Source: Octopus vulgaris (Eukaryota). From it: DNA of 64,000 nucleotides. The notes under the pieces were generated by a model. The model did not search any database and had not been told where the DNA came from. It was given only the letters and a program-made list of their open reading frames with translations. This document shows, piece by piece, positions 39,109 to 53,396 of this stretch. The stretch is from the NCBI GenBank assembly GCA_951406725.2, contig OX597835.1, positions 13,020,001 to 13,084,000 on the forward strand. Direction: 5' to 3'. A program made the position numbers and the translations under genes. Each line of letters begins with the position of its first letter. The stretch's first letter is position 1.

Positions 39109-40163
39109 TTTAATTTGGACGTATTGTGTGAACACTGCAACACTGTGGTTTGTGTCTTGAGAGAGCATCTTGTACAGACAGGCATTAAACATCTACATGA
39201 GAAGCTCTTTCAAGACAAGTACCATGGTGTTACAGCATTCTTACAATGGGTCCACATTAAGTAGGATATAAAGATTGATTTTCCATCTGATGATATTTCC
39301 TGCATTTTAAACCTAATTCAGCAAAATAATTTATTTCAGAAGGAGAATAAAATATCCATTCGTTATTTGGACATTCGATAAGAATCGGAACAAATTCTTT
39401 GATTTTTCACCTACCCTACAGGCTGTCTTTTGTACAATGACACAAGAAGAGATATATTTACTCCCTCTGGGGGGGAAAAAAAAAGAAAAAATTGCTTTTA
39501 AAAGACCCTTGTTAATTAGTTTCATTAGCTTTGCTATGGCTAATGGTCTAAGGTGTAGTGGGGATGGTCTTGTCGCCAAAGCAACAAGGCCCGAGGAAAA
39601 TGCTTAAACCTTTTAATCTTCCAAATTGTTCTGGAACTTCAATTCATCATCATCATCATCATCATCATCATTTAATATCCTTTTTCTATACTAGCATGGC
39701 ACAAACGGTTTGACCAGAGTGGGCAAGCTGGGGAGCTGTGCCAGTCTGATTTGGCATGGTTTCTATGGCTGGATGCCCTTCCTAACATGCCAACCACTTT
39801 ACAGAGTGTATTGGGTGCTCCCCAATGTGGTGCCAGCATGTTTTTTTTTTTTATATGGCACTAGCACAAGAGTTCATCATGTGACACTGGCACAAGTGCC
39901 TCTTATGTGGCACCAGCACAAGTGCCCCTTTTTTTTCAGTTGTTATGAATTAATACTAAACTACCAATATTGATCACGTCCATATCAGACAAGCCATCAT
40001 TATTATATTTTACCTCTTACCTTTTGCTTGTGTCAGTCTTTAAAACTGTGGCCATGCTGGGGCACCACCTTGGGACTTATTCTATCTGTGTTTTGGTGAA
40101 CTGCTAAGTTATGGGGATGTGAATACACCAACACCAGTTGTGAAGTAGTGGTGGGGAGAAGCA

Positions 40164-40202
<39 letters not shown>

Positions 40203-40229
40203 ACACACTCATATACACGCACACACACA

Positions 40230-40560
40230 CACGACTCAGTGATTAGAACGTTGGGATCACAATTATGAAGTAGTGAGTTCAATACCCAGACCAAGTGGTG
40301 TGTTTTGTTCTTGAGCAAGACACTTTATTTCATGTTGCTCCAGTTCCCTCAGCTGTAGAAATGAGTTGTGATGTCACTGGTTCCAAGCTGTAGTGGCCCC
40401 GTTGCCTTTCCCTCAGACAACATTGGTGGCATGGAGAGGAGAGACTGGCATGCATGGACAACTCCTGGTCTTCCACAAAAACAACCTTGCCCGGACTTGT
40501 GCCTCAGCGGAGAACTTTCTACGTGTAATCACATTTTCATTTGTGACCGAAGGGGGTCTT
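40230..40560 (+). mobile_element. Family B SINE
   Basis: Same core and tail as 37928-38252. Confidence 0.75.
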
Positions 40561-40734
40561 TCCCCTTTTTTTACAGCAGGCTTCTTTCTATTTCCATCCA
40601 CCAAATCCACTCACAAGGCTTTGGTTGGCACAAGGCTACAGTTGAAGCCAATTGTCCAAGTACCACACAGTGGGACTGAACCTGGAACCATGTGGTTGGA
40701 AAGCAAGCTTCTCATCACACAGTCAAGCTTGTGC

Positions 40735-41335
40735 CTATTATTTTTGCATTCACCAACAATACCATTCGAATCCCCATAACGCTCTTTTCAATTTCCATTC
40801 ACGCGTCAAGCTTTCATAAAATTTTAATGACTGATCCATCAAACTGCCTTCGTTTGCAATCAGACTTTCTTAATTTTCATTTATGCAAATCCATTCCGAA
40901 GTTCCGAGGTATTATTGTCATTCCCTGTCTGTTGGTGTCAGTTTTCATCTTAACATTAACATTATCAAATTCCTCATTAATCATACTTGGATCACTTTTT
41001 ATGCCAATTTTATAAAGACTCTCAGGATCTTCCTTTTAAATTTCCTCAACCATTATTCAGTAAGAAAATTACTATTTGTAAATTTCTCATTGAGAGATTT
41101 TCAGCAACAGTACTTTGGAGTAAAAGATTGTTTCCCAACATAACATGGCAGTCCTGGTTTAGGACAAATGTTGCTGTAATTTAGCCCCAGGAGACATCTT
41201 CTCCGGCTGGCTATACGACACGATCTGTGTCCTTATATTGTCTAACAAGGGAATCTAGCACCCCCACTCAGCTCAAAACAATATCGGTGTATCGCGATTT
41301 CTGGGTTATTTCTCTTCATCAGTTTGGCGATTTAT
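40735..41335 (-). mobile_element. Penelope-like 5' region: HHR-like motif, structured segment and start of a degenerate ORF
   Basis: Minus: CTGATGA-AGAGAAATAACCCA-GAAA-TCGCGA-TA at 41290-41322, multi-stem motif at 41146-41237, ATG at 41053 with a stop-interrupted frame. Confidence 0.5.
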
Positions 41336-41536
41336 TATCTCCCCCCATAATGCCACCACTCTCTCTGTTATTTTCGTTTGGTTGGCCTGAGGCTATGGCA
41401 GAAGACATTTGCCCAAGGTGCCATGCAATGGGACTGAACATGGAGCCATGTGGTTGGTAAGCAAGCTGCTTACCACACAACCACGCCTGCGCCTATAAGC
41501 CACTCCTACATATTTATGTATATATTCATGAATATA

Positions 41537-41567
<31 letters not shown>

Positions 41568-41795
41568 GAAATCAAAAATAAGCAACAAGAGCACTCAACA
41601 TCTTAAATCTGTTGTAATACTTACAACATTTAATAAAATAATGTAGTACGAAACGATCGTACCAAATTACCGGAGTCATTCTTGTTGCTTATTTTTGATT
41701 ATAATCACCCCGCAAATTTTTATGGGTAACACCATACAAAATTCTGGTGCATCTAAATTAAGTACCATATTCATTTGAATCTAAATTGTTGCTGA

Positions 41796-41835
<40 letters not shown>

Positions 41836-42145
41836 CAATTTAATTAGAATAATGTAATTATTGACAATGTTATTGAAGCCACATCAATGAATGTCACTAA
41901 TTTTAAGTACATTTTAGAAAAAAGTGTCTTAATTTCCATATTCAATAATACATTCTTCCAAAGAAAATCAATCAACAGCTTCCTCGTTCTATCGTCTTAT
42001 GAGCTGTTGAGATGGGGAAATGGTAATGCTTATGGCCAGAGAAACAGTCAAGAATTCTGGAATGGTATGAAGTGAGATGGACTTTTGGAGTTATAGCTAT
42101 GGAAGTTGGATGGTCAGTGAGTAACCAAGGCTTACTTAGATCACA

Positions 42146-42187
<42 letters not shown>

Positions 42188-42190
<3 letters not shown>

Positions 42191-42592
42191 TGCAGGAGTG
42201 GCTGTGTGGTAAGTAGCTTGCTTACCAACCACATGGTTCGGGTTCAGTCCCACTGCGTGGCACTTTAGGCAAGTGTCTTCTACTATATCCTCGGCCGACC
42301 AAGGCCCTGTGAGTGGATTTGGTAGATGGAAACTGAAGGAAGCCTGTCGTATATATGTATATATATATATATGTGTGTGTGTGTTTGTGTGTCTGTGTTT
42401 GTCCTCCCAACATTGCTTGACGACCGATGCTGGTGTGTTCATGTCCCCGTAACTTAGCGGTTTGGCAAAAGAGACCGATAGAATAAGTACTAGGCTTACA
42501 AAGAATAAGTCCTGGGGTCGATTTGCTTGACTAAAGGCAGTGCTCCAGCATGGCTGCAGTCAAATGACTGAAACAAGTAAAAGAGTAAAAGA

Positions 42593-42594
<2 letters not shown>
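42188..42594 (+). mobile_element. Family A SINE
   Basis: Full head-core-tail. Confidence 0.9.
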
Positions 42595-42631
<37 letters not shown>

Positions 42632-42632
<1 letters not shown>

Positions 42633-43205
42633 CATGACCTTCAAACATTGGGCCTTATCGAAGCAATGACTAGTGACCGAGCCCTTTGGAGATATGCTGT
42701 GCTTGAGAAGACCTGATAAGCCATATGAGACCATAACCCGTGGCCTATGCCAGTGGATGTAACCAGCCCACTTATGAGTACCCCTCATTCAGTGGACTAT
42801 AAACTTTGCTTGTGATGACCTGTTGAGGCAAGTGAAATCAAAATCGCTGACGTGGCTGATGACAGTACCGCCTGATTGGCACTCATGCCAGTGGAACATT
42901 AAAAGCACCATCCAAGCGTGATCGTTGCCAGGGCTGCTGATTGGTTCCCGTACCGGTGGCAGGCACGTAAAAGGCACCATTCAAGTGTGATCATTGCCAG
43001 CATCACCTTACTGGCAATATGTGCTGGCGGAATGTGAAGAACAACATTCGGGTGTGGTCATTGCCAGTGCTGCCGGACTGGCTCCCATGCAGGTAGCATA
43101 TAAAAAAACACCTTTTGAGCATGGTTGTTGCCTGAACCGCCTGACTGGCTCTCGTGTGGTTGGCGTTAGAAAAGGCATCCAGCTGTAGAAACTTTGCCAG
43201 ATCAC
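42632..43205 (+). mobile_element. RTE-like LINE 3' end: ORF terminus plus family R 3' UTR
   Basis: HDLQTLGLIEAMTSDRALWRYAVLEKT* (DRxxWR motif), then AAAAGCACCAT repeats and GGCATCCAGCTGTAGAAAC. Confidence 0.75.
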
Positions 43206-43270
43206 ATTAGGACTGAACCCAGAACCATGTGGTTGGGAAGCAAGCTTCTTTCCACACAGCCACGTATATA

Positions 43271-43479
43271 CTCTTTTTACTCTTTTACTTGTTTCAGTCA
43301 TTTGACTGCGGCCATGCTGGAGCACCGCCTTTAGTCGAGCAAACTCGACCCCGGGACTTATTCTTTGTAAGCCCAGTACTTATTCTATCGGTCTCTTTTG
43401 CCGAACCGCTAAGTGACGGGGACGTAAACACACCAGCATCGGTTGTCAAGCAATGCTAGGGGGACAAACACATACACAA

Positions 43480-43516
<37 letters not shown>

Positions 43517-43675
43517 CGACAGGCTTCTTTCAGTTTCCTTCTACCAAATCTACTCACAAGGCATTGGTCGGCCCGGGGCTATAGCAGAAGACACTTGCCC
43601 AAGATGCGACGCAGTGGGACTGAACCTGAAACCATGTGGTTGGTTAGCCTGCTACTTACCACACAGCCACTCCTG
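43271..43675 (-). mobile_element. Family A SINE
   Basis: Reverse complement of the consensus. Confidence 0.9.
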
Positions 43676-44098
43676 CTGTGTATATATACATATATATGTA
43701 TGTATGTATTTATACATACACTCACGCACATATACATATATAATATCTTTTACGTGTTTCAGTCATTTGACTGCGGCCATGCTGGAGCACCACCTTTTAG
43801 TCAAGCAAATCAACCCCAGGGCTCATTCTTTGTAAGCCTTGTACTTATTCTATTGGTCTCCTGTTGAACCGTTAAGTTACGGGGACCTAAACACATCATA
43901 TGTGTGTGTGTGTGTGTGTGTGTGCGCGTATGTCTATGTGTTGATGTATGTATGGGTGTGTGTGCGTGTGTGTAAGCATTTATGCCTGCCATTATTCAGT
44001 TTTATTTCAAGATTTCTTGCCAAAAGAGCAAGAACTAGTTTCTAATCAAGATCCAAGGCTCCTGCATTGGAATTTCAACTTCAACAATGGTATGTATG

Positions 44099-44129
<31 letters not shown>

Positions 44130-44460
44130 GCTGGACTCATGAGTCATCTTCGTAGTCATAAAACGAGACAGATGAGTTACAACCTGGCCACTGGTGGTGG
44201 TGTAACACACCATACTAATCGTATCTGTTAGGCATGTGGAAGAGAGTGTAATTCGGCAGGAGGACTTAAACGGCATGCAAAGGTACATGAAGCCCAGTTA
44301 CAACTACAGCCGGCTATTACCGGTAAAGGTATTAATTGCCAATTCTGTACAAGACATTGTAGATCTTTAGCTGGGCTAAAAAGTCACATTCGATCACAGC
44401 ACCAGTAACAGTTAAGCTTCGTGCAATGGCCATACTCGATAACGAGGGGGCAGCCATAAT
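44130..44460 (+). pseudogene. LINE (probably RTE) ORF C-terminus with three C2H2-like zinc-finger units, plus short 3' UTR
   Basis: AGLMSHLRSH...IC*ACGRECNSAGGLKRHAKVH...CQFCTRHCRSLAGLKSHIRSQHQ* (44130-44408, one internal TAG); flanked by (TATG)n on both sides. Confidence 0.7.
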
Positions 44461-44955
44461 GTATGTATGTATGTATGTATATATGCAAATTTGTATGTTT
44501 AGTTTCATGTATGTATTCTCATGCATATAGTTGCATATCTAGACATGCTCATATATATTTAGATGATAAACTTTTGGAAAGTTTTACAGATCTTTACAGT
44601 TCCAGTGATGGATTGGATCTGTAGTCTTCGAATCAGCTTTTTCCATTTTACTTTTAAGAAGCCTAATTTCTCAAGATTGGTAGTGTGTTACATATTCCAG
44701 TGCCCCACTAATTACAGGTATAAACCTGAACTTGTAATCTGGATAGGGTAACAGGTGTATGTATATATGTGTGTATGTGTTTATGTATGTATAGTTCTGA
44801 TATCGGACACATAAGTACTTATATTCAAATTTATTTACCTGTACACACACAGAGACACACCTACACTTACATCGCCACCCTTCTCCCACCTCCCACATGT
44901 TAATTCATTATCATGTTTGTTGGACATATTTGCAACATGTTTACATATGTTTCTT

Positions 44956-44995
<40 letters not shown>

Positions 44996-45408
44996 CACGT
45001 TTTTGTGTCATTGTCATGTTCGAGTTATAATGGAAACATGTGTTTGCCACTCTCTGTCTCTCTCTTTCACACACACATACACACACACACACACAGCACA
45101 TTTACGCACACACTTATGCTTTCACACACTCATGTACACACACACAAACAAGTATAAACATACGTTCGCATACATATGCATACACAGACACATCCACATA
45201 TGTATGTGCACACATGAATTCACACACACACATGTACACACACAGATACACTTTCAATTACAAACACATTCACACACACACACACACATGCATGTACACG
45301 CATACACAGATTCACATTCACATAGAGACACACATTCACACACACATACATACATACACATACACCTGCATAAATTCACACACATTCACATTCACACATT
45401 CACATGTA

Positions 45409-45491
<83 letters not shown>

Positions 45492-45857
45492 TTTCCTTTC
45501 AGGAACAGGTGACAGCCTAACTTATTTTCTAACCCAATTTCCATGAAAATAAAAAAGATAATAAAGGAATAAATAAAAAAAATAATAAAAGGAATAAATA
45601 AATAAATAAATAAATAATGTAGCCAAAGGAAAAAACAAAAGAAAGATAAGAAAAATAAACAAAACAGATCACAAATAATGGTACCCAGAGAGGTCCTTAA
45701 CCCCTGTTCCCCCTCTCAGCCCCCCCCCCCAGCTTACCACTCCTTTTCTCACCAGAGTTTAGCAGACTGTTACCACTTTGTTCTCTTTAAAATTCATTTA
45801 GCTACCGATTTGGTGGTGGTGGTGGTGGTGGTGGTTGTGACCCACCCCCTACTTAGC

Positions 45858-46099
45858 TGTGTGTGTGTGTATGCATGTATGTATGTATGTGTGTGTGTAT
45901 GTATGTGTGTGTGAATGTATGTATGTGTGTATGTATGTATGTATGTGTGTGTGTGTGTGTGTGTGTATATGTATGTGTGTGTGTGTATGTATGTATGTAT
46001 GTATGTGTGTGTGTATGTGTGTGTATGTATGTATGTATGTATGTATGTGTGTGTGTGTATGTATGTGTGTGTGTATGTATGTATGTGTGTGTGTATGTA

Positions 46100-46130
<31 letters not shown>

Positions 46131-46281
46131 ATGTATGTATGTGTGTGTGTGTGTATGTATGTGTGTGTGTATGTATGTATGTGTGTGTGTATGTATGTAT
46201 GTGTGTATGTATGTATGTGTGTGTATGTATGTGTGTATGTATGTATGTATGTATGTATGTATGTATGTATGTGTGTGTGTA

Positions 46282-46320
<39 letters not shown>

Positions 46321-46503
46321 GTGTGTATGTATGTGTATGTATGTGTGTATGTATGTATGTATGTATGTGTGTGTGTGTGTGTATGTATGTATGTGTGTGT
46401 ATATATGTGTGTGTATGTATGTATGTATGTACGTGTGTGTGTGTGTATGTATGTGTGTGTGTATGTATGTATGTGTGTGTGTATGTATGTATGTATGTAT
46501 GTA

Positions 46504-46552
<49 letters not shown>

Positions 46553-46840
46553 GTGTGTGTATGTATGTGTGTGTGTGTATGTGTGTGTATGTGTGTGTGT
46601 GTGTATGTATGTATGTGTGTGTGTGTGTATGTATGTGTGTGTGTGTATGTGTGTGTATGTATGTGTGTGTATGTATTTATGTGTGTATGTATGTATGTGT
46701 GTGTATGTATGTGTGTATGCATATGTGTATGCATATATGTGTGTGTGTGTATGTATGTATGTGTGTATGTGCATGGGTTTGTATGTAATGTATGTGTATG
46801 TGTGTATATATGTTTGTGCATATGTATGTGTGTGTGTTTG
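45858..46840. repeat. ~1-kb compound (TG)n/(TATG)n microsatellite
   Basis: Direct reading; source of the 300-380 aa pseudo-ORFs. Confidence 0.95.
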
Positions 46841-47488
46841 AGTGTATGTAACGAACATGTAATTGCTGCTTGCTTGAGGGCAGCAAGCTGGCAGAATGGT
46901 TAATGTGTTGGACAAGACGCTTAGTTCCTTATGTTCAGAGTTCAAATTCTGCTGAGGTCAACTGTACCTTTTATCTTTACAGGGGTTGACAAAATAGTGT
47001 ACCAGTCAAGTACTGGTGTCTATGCAATTCAGCCTCCCCCCCCACCACCTGCATCCCCAAATTCTCTCAAAATTGCTGGCATTGTGCCAAAATTTTGTGG
47101 GCAGTGCTTACAAGCAGTTTATCATTTGTGTGTATGCGTGTGAGACAATGTGTGCAAGACTCCGTGTGTGTGTGTGTGTGTGTGTGAGGTTGTAGAGTGG
47201 TTTAGAAATTCACTTCATAATCAAGGGATTCCAGGTTCAAATCTGGTGCATGTCACCTTGGGCAAGTAGCTTTTACCAAAGGTCAAAAGATCCTATCCTG
47301 TCGCACATTGTGTCACATTAATTCTGTGATTCAGGATTATGCTAAAAGTACAAGTCTCTTTGGAATACTCATCCATCTACACTCAGACCCTAATTTAGTG
47401 AGGCAGCAGTTCTGACTAGAATACCTAAAAGCTAAAACTGACCCCTTTTATCTAGCTTTGAGTGTGTACCCGAAAGTGTGAGCATATA

Positions 47489-47885
47489 CTCTTTTACTTA
47501 TTTCAGTCATTTGACTGCGGCCATGCTGGAGCACTGCCTTTAGTCAAGCAAATCGACCCCGGGACTTATTCTTTGTAAGCCCAGTACTTATTCTATCGGT
47601 CTTTTTTGCCGAACCGCTAATTGACGGGGACGTAAACACACCAGCATCGGTTGTCAAGCAATGCTAGGGGGACAGACACAGACACACAAACACACACACA
47701 TACATATATATACATATATACGACAGGCTTCTTTTCAGTTTCCGTCTACCAAATCCATTCACAAGGCATTGGTCGGCCCGGGGCTATAGCAGAAGACACT
47801 TGCCCAAGGTGCCACGCAGTGGGACTGAACCCGGAACTGTGTGGCTGGTAAGCAAGCTACTTACCACACAGCCACTCCTGCGCCT
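47489..47885 (-). mobile_element. Family A SINE
   Basis: Reverse complement of the consensus. Confidence 0.9.
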
Positions 47886-47982
47886 ATGTATGTATGTATG
47901 TGTGCATGTGAGAGCATGTGTGTATGCGTCTGTATGTGTGTGTGTGTATGTGTGTGTGTGTATGCGTGTGTGTGTGTCTGTG

Positions 47983-48026
<44 letters not shown>

Positions 48027-48305
48027 GAAACATCTGTGAGGTGTTGCTGTTCCACTTAGTTGGAAGTTAGCTTTAGTACATCTGACTGTCCCCCCCCCCC
48101 CCCAGCTGTCTGTGTGTCCATCTGTTGATGGAAAAATTCAATATTCTTTAGTTTCTGTATTTTCTATTTCATTGTTTTATCTTTTCAGAGATTTTCTTAT
48201 CATTAACAAAGCCATACACGCATAAATACATATGTATGTGTGTGCCCCTGTATACATACATACATACATACATACATACACACATACACACATACATACA
48301 TACAT

Positions 48306-48353
<48 letters not shown>

Positions 48354-48440
48354 ACACACACACAGACACACACACACACACACATACACACATACATCAT
48401 ACATACATACATACATACATACATACATACATACATACAT

Positions 48441-48504
<64 letters not shown>

Positions 48505-48803
48505 CTAAAATCTTTCAGCTGTGTCCTTTTGGACCACATCTGCTTATACCAGTATTGTAATTCAGTGTGTAGTTGTTACATATTAGAATTAAACATTCTG
48601 GAGTATATATGCAATTATCATATGTGTGTATATTTATATGTCATGTAAACGTGGTTATATACACACACACACACACATACATATTTTGATATAGATATCA
48701 TCATTTAAGGTCTGTTTTCTATGCTGACTTGGTTTCTACACTTGGATGCCCTTCCTAACACCAACCACTTTACAAAGTGCAATAGAAATATACATATATA
48801 TAG

Positions 48804-48840
<37 letters not shown>

Positions 48841-48865
48841 CATAGATATATAGATATATAGATAA

Positions 48866-48937
<72 letters not shown>

Positions 48938-48939
<2 letters not shown>

Positions 48940-49265
48940 GGCCACAGTCAAGCAAATCAACCTCAGGACTTATTTTTTGTAAGCCTAGTACTTATTTTAT
49001 CAGGCACTTTTGCTGAACCACTAAGTTACAGGGACGTAAACACACCAGCATTGGTTGTCAAGTGATGTTGGGGGTACAAACACAGACACACACACACACA
49101 CGACAGGCTTCTTTAAGTTTCCGTCTACCTAATCCACTCACAAGGCTTTGGTTGGCCTAAGGCTATAGTAGAAGACACTTGCCCAAGGTGCCACACAGTG
49201 GGACTGAACCCGGAACCATGCGGTTGGTAAACAAGCTACTTACCACACAGCCACTCCTGCGCCTA
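48938..49265 (-). mobile_element. Family A SINE, 3'-deleted
   Basis: Head ends at ACAGCCACTCCTGCGCCT. Confidence 0.8.
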
Positions 49266-49489
49266 TAATGATTGATTAAAGTAGACAGTCAACCTCAGTG
49301 AGGTTTGAACCTGGGCACATACACCCACACAGAGACATACAATGGGCTTCATTCAGTTTTCTGCCTACCAAACCCACTTACAAAGCTTTGGTCAGCCCAT
49401 AGAATTGTTGAAGAGACTTGCCCAAGCTGCCACACAGTGATATTGAACCTGAGTTTGGAAGCAAACTTCTTTACCACACAGCCATACCT

Positions 49490-49713
49490 ATTTCTTTACT
49501 ACCCACAAGGGGCTAAACACAGAGGGAACAAACAAGAACAGACATAGGTATTAAGTCGATTACATCGACCCCAGTTCGTAACTGGTACTTAATTTATCGA
49601 CCTCGAAAGGATGAAAGGCAAAGTCGACCTCGGCGGAATTTGAACTCACAACGTAACACAGACGAAATACCGCTAAGCATTTCGCCCGGCGTGCTAACGT
49701 TTCTGCCAGCTCG
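49490..49713 (-). mobile_element. Family M SINE, monomer
   Basis: TSD CAGCCATACCT at 49479-49489 and 49714-49724. Confidence 0.85.
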
Positions 49714-52520
49714 CAGCCATACCTGTGTGTGTGTGTGTGTAAGGCTATAATATATGTCATATACATTCATACACACCTGTGTATGTGTGTGAATGATAAG
49801 TACACACACATACACACACGTGCACATACAGACATAATTGTGTGTTTCTGTGTGATATATCTACTAGCTGATAAATTTGAGTTTCCATAGATTAAACTCT
49901 ATTACTACTGATATTTACTTCTGATAAATGTTTATCGTCGTTAAAGGTCACAATAGAATCAGCGATATTTTTATGTGATAAATTGTTGCTCTTTGATATA
50001 TTAGTGAGTCTACCGGACTACGGTATGTGTGACTAGATTGATACAATAGAAATACTGGCTCAGCACAAATGACAGACAAAGCGCCGTGATGTATTTAATT
50101 ATCTCTCTCTGTGCTCCGGGTTCAAACCTCACCGAGGTCGGCTTTCTATTTTAATCAATCATTGACTGCAATGGCGGCGATATTTGTGACACCTTCTAAG
50201 GTGAATACATCTGGGAATACGTCTGAACCTAATTGAAGTGGCAGCAGGGAGCAACTCCCTGAAAACAGGGGTCTGGTAAAGACTGTTATGTCAGTGCTAT
50301 GGTTTAACAAAAACAGTAACTGACCTTCACTAGGGTAACGGGATATGTTAAGGTCGTGAGTTCGATTCCTGGCTTCGTGTTGGGTCCTTGAGCAAGACCC
50401 TTTATTTCACATTGCCCCAGTCCGTTAAACTGGCAAAAAGGCATTATACCTGTATTTCAAAAGGCCAGCCTTGTCGCATTCTGTGTCATACTCAATCTCC
50501 CTGAGAACTGTCTTAACGGCTCATGTGTCTGTGGAGTGCTCAGCCACTTGCACACTAATTTCATGATCGGATTATACCCCTATTTCAGAAGCTTTATCAC
50601 AGTCTATCTCATGCTGAATCTCCACGAGAACTACATTAAGGGTACAGATGTTTGTAGAATGCTCAGATACTTCCACATTAATTTCAGGTCGTTTCATTGA
50701 TCGGATCGTGCCTGTTTTTCCAAAGGCCAGCCTTGCCACACCCTGTGCCATGCTGAACCTTGTGAACTACATTAAGGGCACACCTGTCTATAGAATACTC
50801 AACTACATCCACATTTATTTCCTGCTGCAGGCTGACCTGTTGATTGGATCAACTGAAGCCCTCAATGCCAGAATGGAGAGAATGCCAGTTGTAGGATTTG
50901 ACTTTGGATGTTTCAACATTTCTTCCTTTCTCTTTCTCCCTTTCTCTTTCTTCCTTCCTCTTTCTCTTGCTTTCTCCCTCACTCTATCTGTACGTGTATA
51001 TTTCTGCATGTGTGTGCTGTTCACCTCCAGTGCCAAAAAGCACGACCACAAGAACAGGTCCAATGTCCAGTAAGCTGTTTCCGAACAGCCAGATCCACTC
51101 ATCTCATTCCGGTGTGCAGCAGTTCTCCAAAGACAGAGCCAGAGTAACAACTTTTAGATCGGTGCTATATTTACCAAAAACAACAACTGACCCCTCATTT
51201 GTTTGCTCCCTTTTAATTGCTAACCCAATTCACATTAATTAGGGGGTCTCTGTTGGCCAATGTTAATCATACCTCTATATGTATGTGATGGCTTGTGCAA
51301 GATTTTTTCTAAAAAGCTGGTAGCTGCTCACACATGCAAGTTCCCCCCACTTTCCATGCCACCAATGTTTATCCAAATAGCTTTTACCATTTCCTTTTAA
51401 TTCCTAAAGATTGACTGATCAACTGAAAATATAGTGAATAACCACTTAAAAGCTTTGTCAGAGTCCAACAAATCAACTACATGTGTGTGTGTCTGTGTGT
51501 GTATTTGTGTATTTGAGGTACCATTGGTTTTATGTTAAGAAATATCTCAGCAATTCTTCAAGCCAATCACAAAGAAAAATTGGTATTTGTCTCCATTTTG
51601 GAGTGTTTTTATCCAAAATGGAGGTGAACACTAATTTTACTATGTGATCGGCTTGAAGAACTGTTGAGATAGTTTCTTAACATGAAACCAAATCTAGCCT
51701 TAATGCAAAAATAAAGAATCTTTATCCACCAATACAGTATTGAGCACTCATTTTCATTTTTCACTATTTACATGTTTATGTATGTATGTATGTATGTATG
51801 TACGTACATACATATGTATGTACATACACATATGTGTGTATAAACTAATGTAACATTTGTTAATGGTACAATGCTCCTGGTGTGAAATGATGTTTCAACT
51901 TTAAATCAATCCTGATTAAGCAGATCTTTAATCAAAGACATTTAGTTTCAGCTGTAGCCTTCTTATTTGTTCAAACCCAGGGAAGCTTTGATCAAGCGGA
52001 TCAAAAACAAGCTGTGACCATCTGTCGTTTTTTTAAAGGCATAGTGTATCCAATTGCATTTGGTTTGAGGCAGATTTAACTTCTATTTTTAGCAGGTTGA
52101 ATGACCACATTGAAGCTCAATGCTTCTTCGGCTCTGTTGTGACCTCTGTTATTCCATGATGATGATCATCATCATCATCGTTTAGCGTCCGCTTTCCATG
52201 CTAGCATGGGTTGGAGGGTTCAACTGGGGTCTGGGAAGCAAGAAGGCTGCACCAGGCCTAGTCTGATCTGGCAATGTTTCTACAGCTGGATGCCCTTCCT
52301 AACACCAGATGCCCTTCCTAACAATTCTGAAGCATCTTGACCAACAGAGAGACTTGGATGTTTTGATCCTGGAGGGAAGCCCTATCTTTCTTTTATCTTC
52401 TGTCAGTCATTGGATTGTGGTCATGCTGGGGCACCAGCTGATGGGCTTAGTTGACCAAATCGACACCAGTACTTATGTTTTTTTTAAAAGCCTGATACCT
52501 GTTCTATCAGGATCTCTTGC

Positions 52521-52554
52521 GTTACGTTTCGAGCATAGGCTCTTCTTCAGGAAC
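52521..52554 (-). ncRNA. Minimal HHR-like motif in a PLE fragment
   Basis: Minus: GTTC-CTGAAGA-AGAGC-CTAT-GCTC-GAAA-CGTA-AC. Confidence 0.55.
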
Positions 52555-53396
52555 AGGAAACATAGGAAAGTCCTAAGAAAAAGGAAGAAGGAGAAAAAAA
52601 AAAAATACACACACACATATACATACATATATAATGATGGGCTTCCATACAGTTTCCATCTACCAAATTTACTCACAAGGTATTGGTTACCTCGGTGCTA
52701 TAGTAGACTCTTGTCCAAGATGTCACACAGTGGGTCTGAACCCAAAGCTACATAGTTGCAAAGCAAGCTTCTTAAACCACACAGCCATGGCAGCAGCTGG
52801 TGCTTATGGACAAATTGATGATATTCCATCCAAATTTCTATTGGTTTGGCATTTTCACTTCAAAGAATTCTGTGATTCCAAAGAATACTTTCTCATTAAT
52901 TCCTAGCAATTAAAGATGGACTTGTCATGGAAGTTCACAGTTGGTTATTCAAGACATTTATCCTGCAGTAAATATACCAGAATCAACTATCATTGGCTGA
53001 TTCATGTTTTCAAAGAAAGAATTCTTTGGTTTAGGGTCATTTTTTTTTTCTTTAATTTTGATTAAACAAATTATTAGAAGATAATTTTCACATTCCTAGT
53101 AATTTAGCTGTGAGATAATCTATGCAAATGTCAATTAATGGAAATAGTTTAATTGAAAGTATTTTCTTCCGTTGCTCTCAGCATTGCTTCAATGTGATTT
53201 TATTCTGTAGAAAAGTTGGATGCAAAAACTTCCTACTGTTTACATGCATATTATGGTCTTCCCCTCCCTCACATCCTCTCTCCCTGCCCCTGCTTTCATT
53301 TTATATATATATATATGTTTGTGTGTGTGTGTTTGTATATATATATATATATACATATGACATTCACTCTACTTTCTGGCAAGAAATCCAGCTGTA

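Noticed and set aside
41146-41237. HDV-like ribozyme, group II intron domain V/VI or SECIS reading of the covarying motif
   Set aside because: AGC-stem-GCT and GCTAA are suggestive, but I could not find the HDV nested pseudoknot, the DV spacing and GNRA loop, or the SECIS ATGA/GA quartet in all copies
45794-46945. Longest ORFs (300-383 aa)
   Set aside because: Pure compound microsatellite
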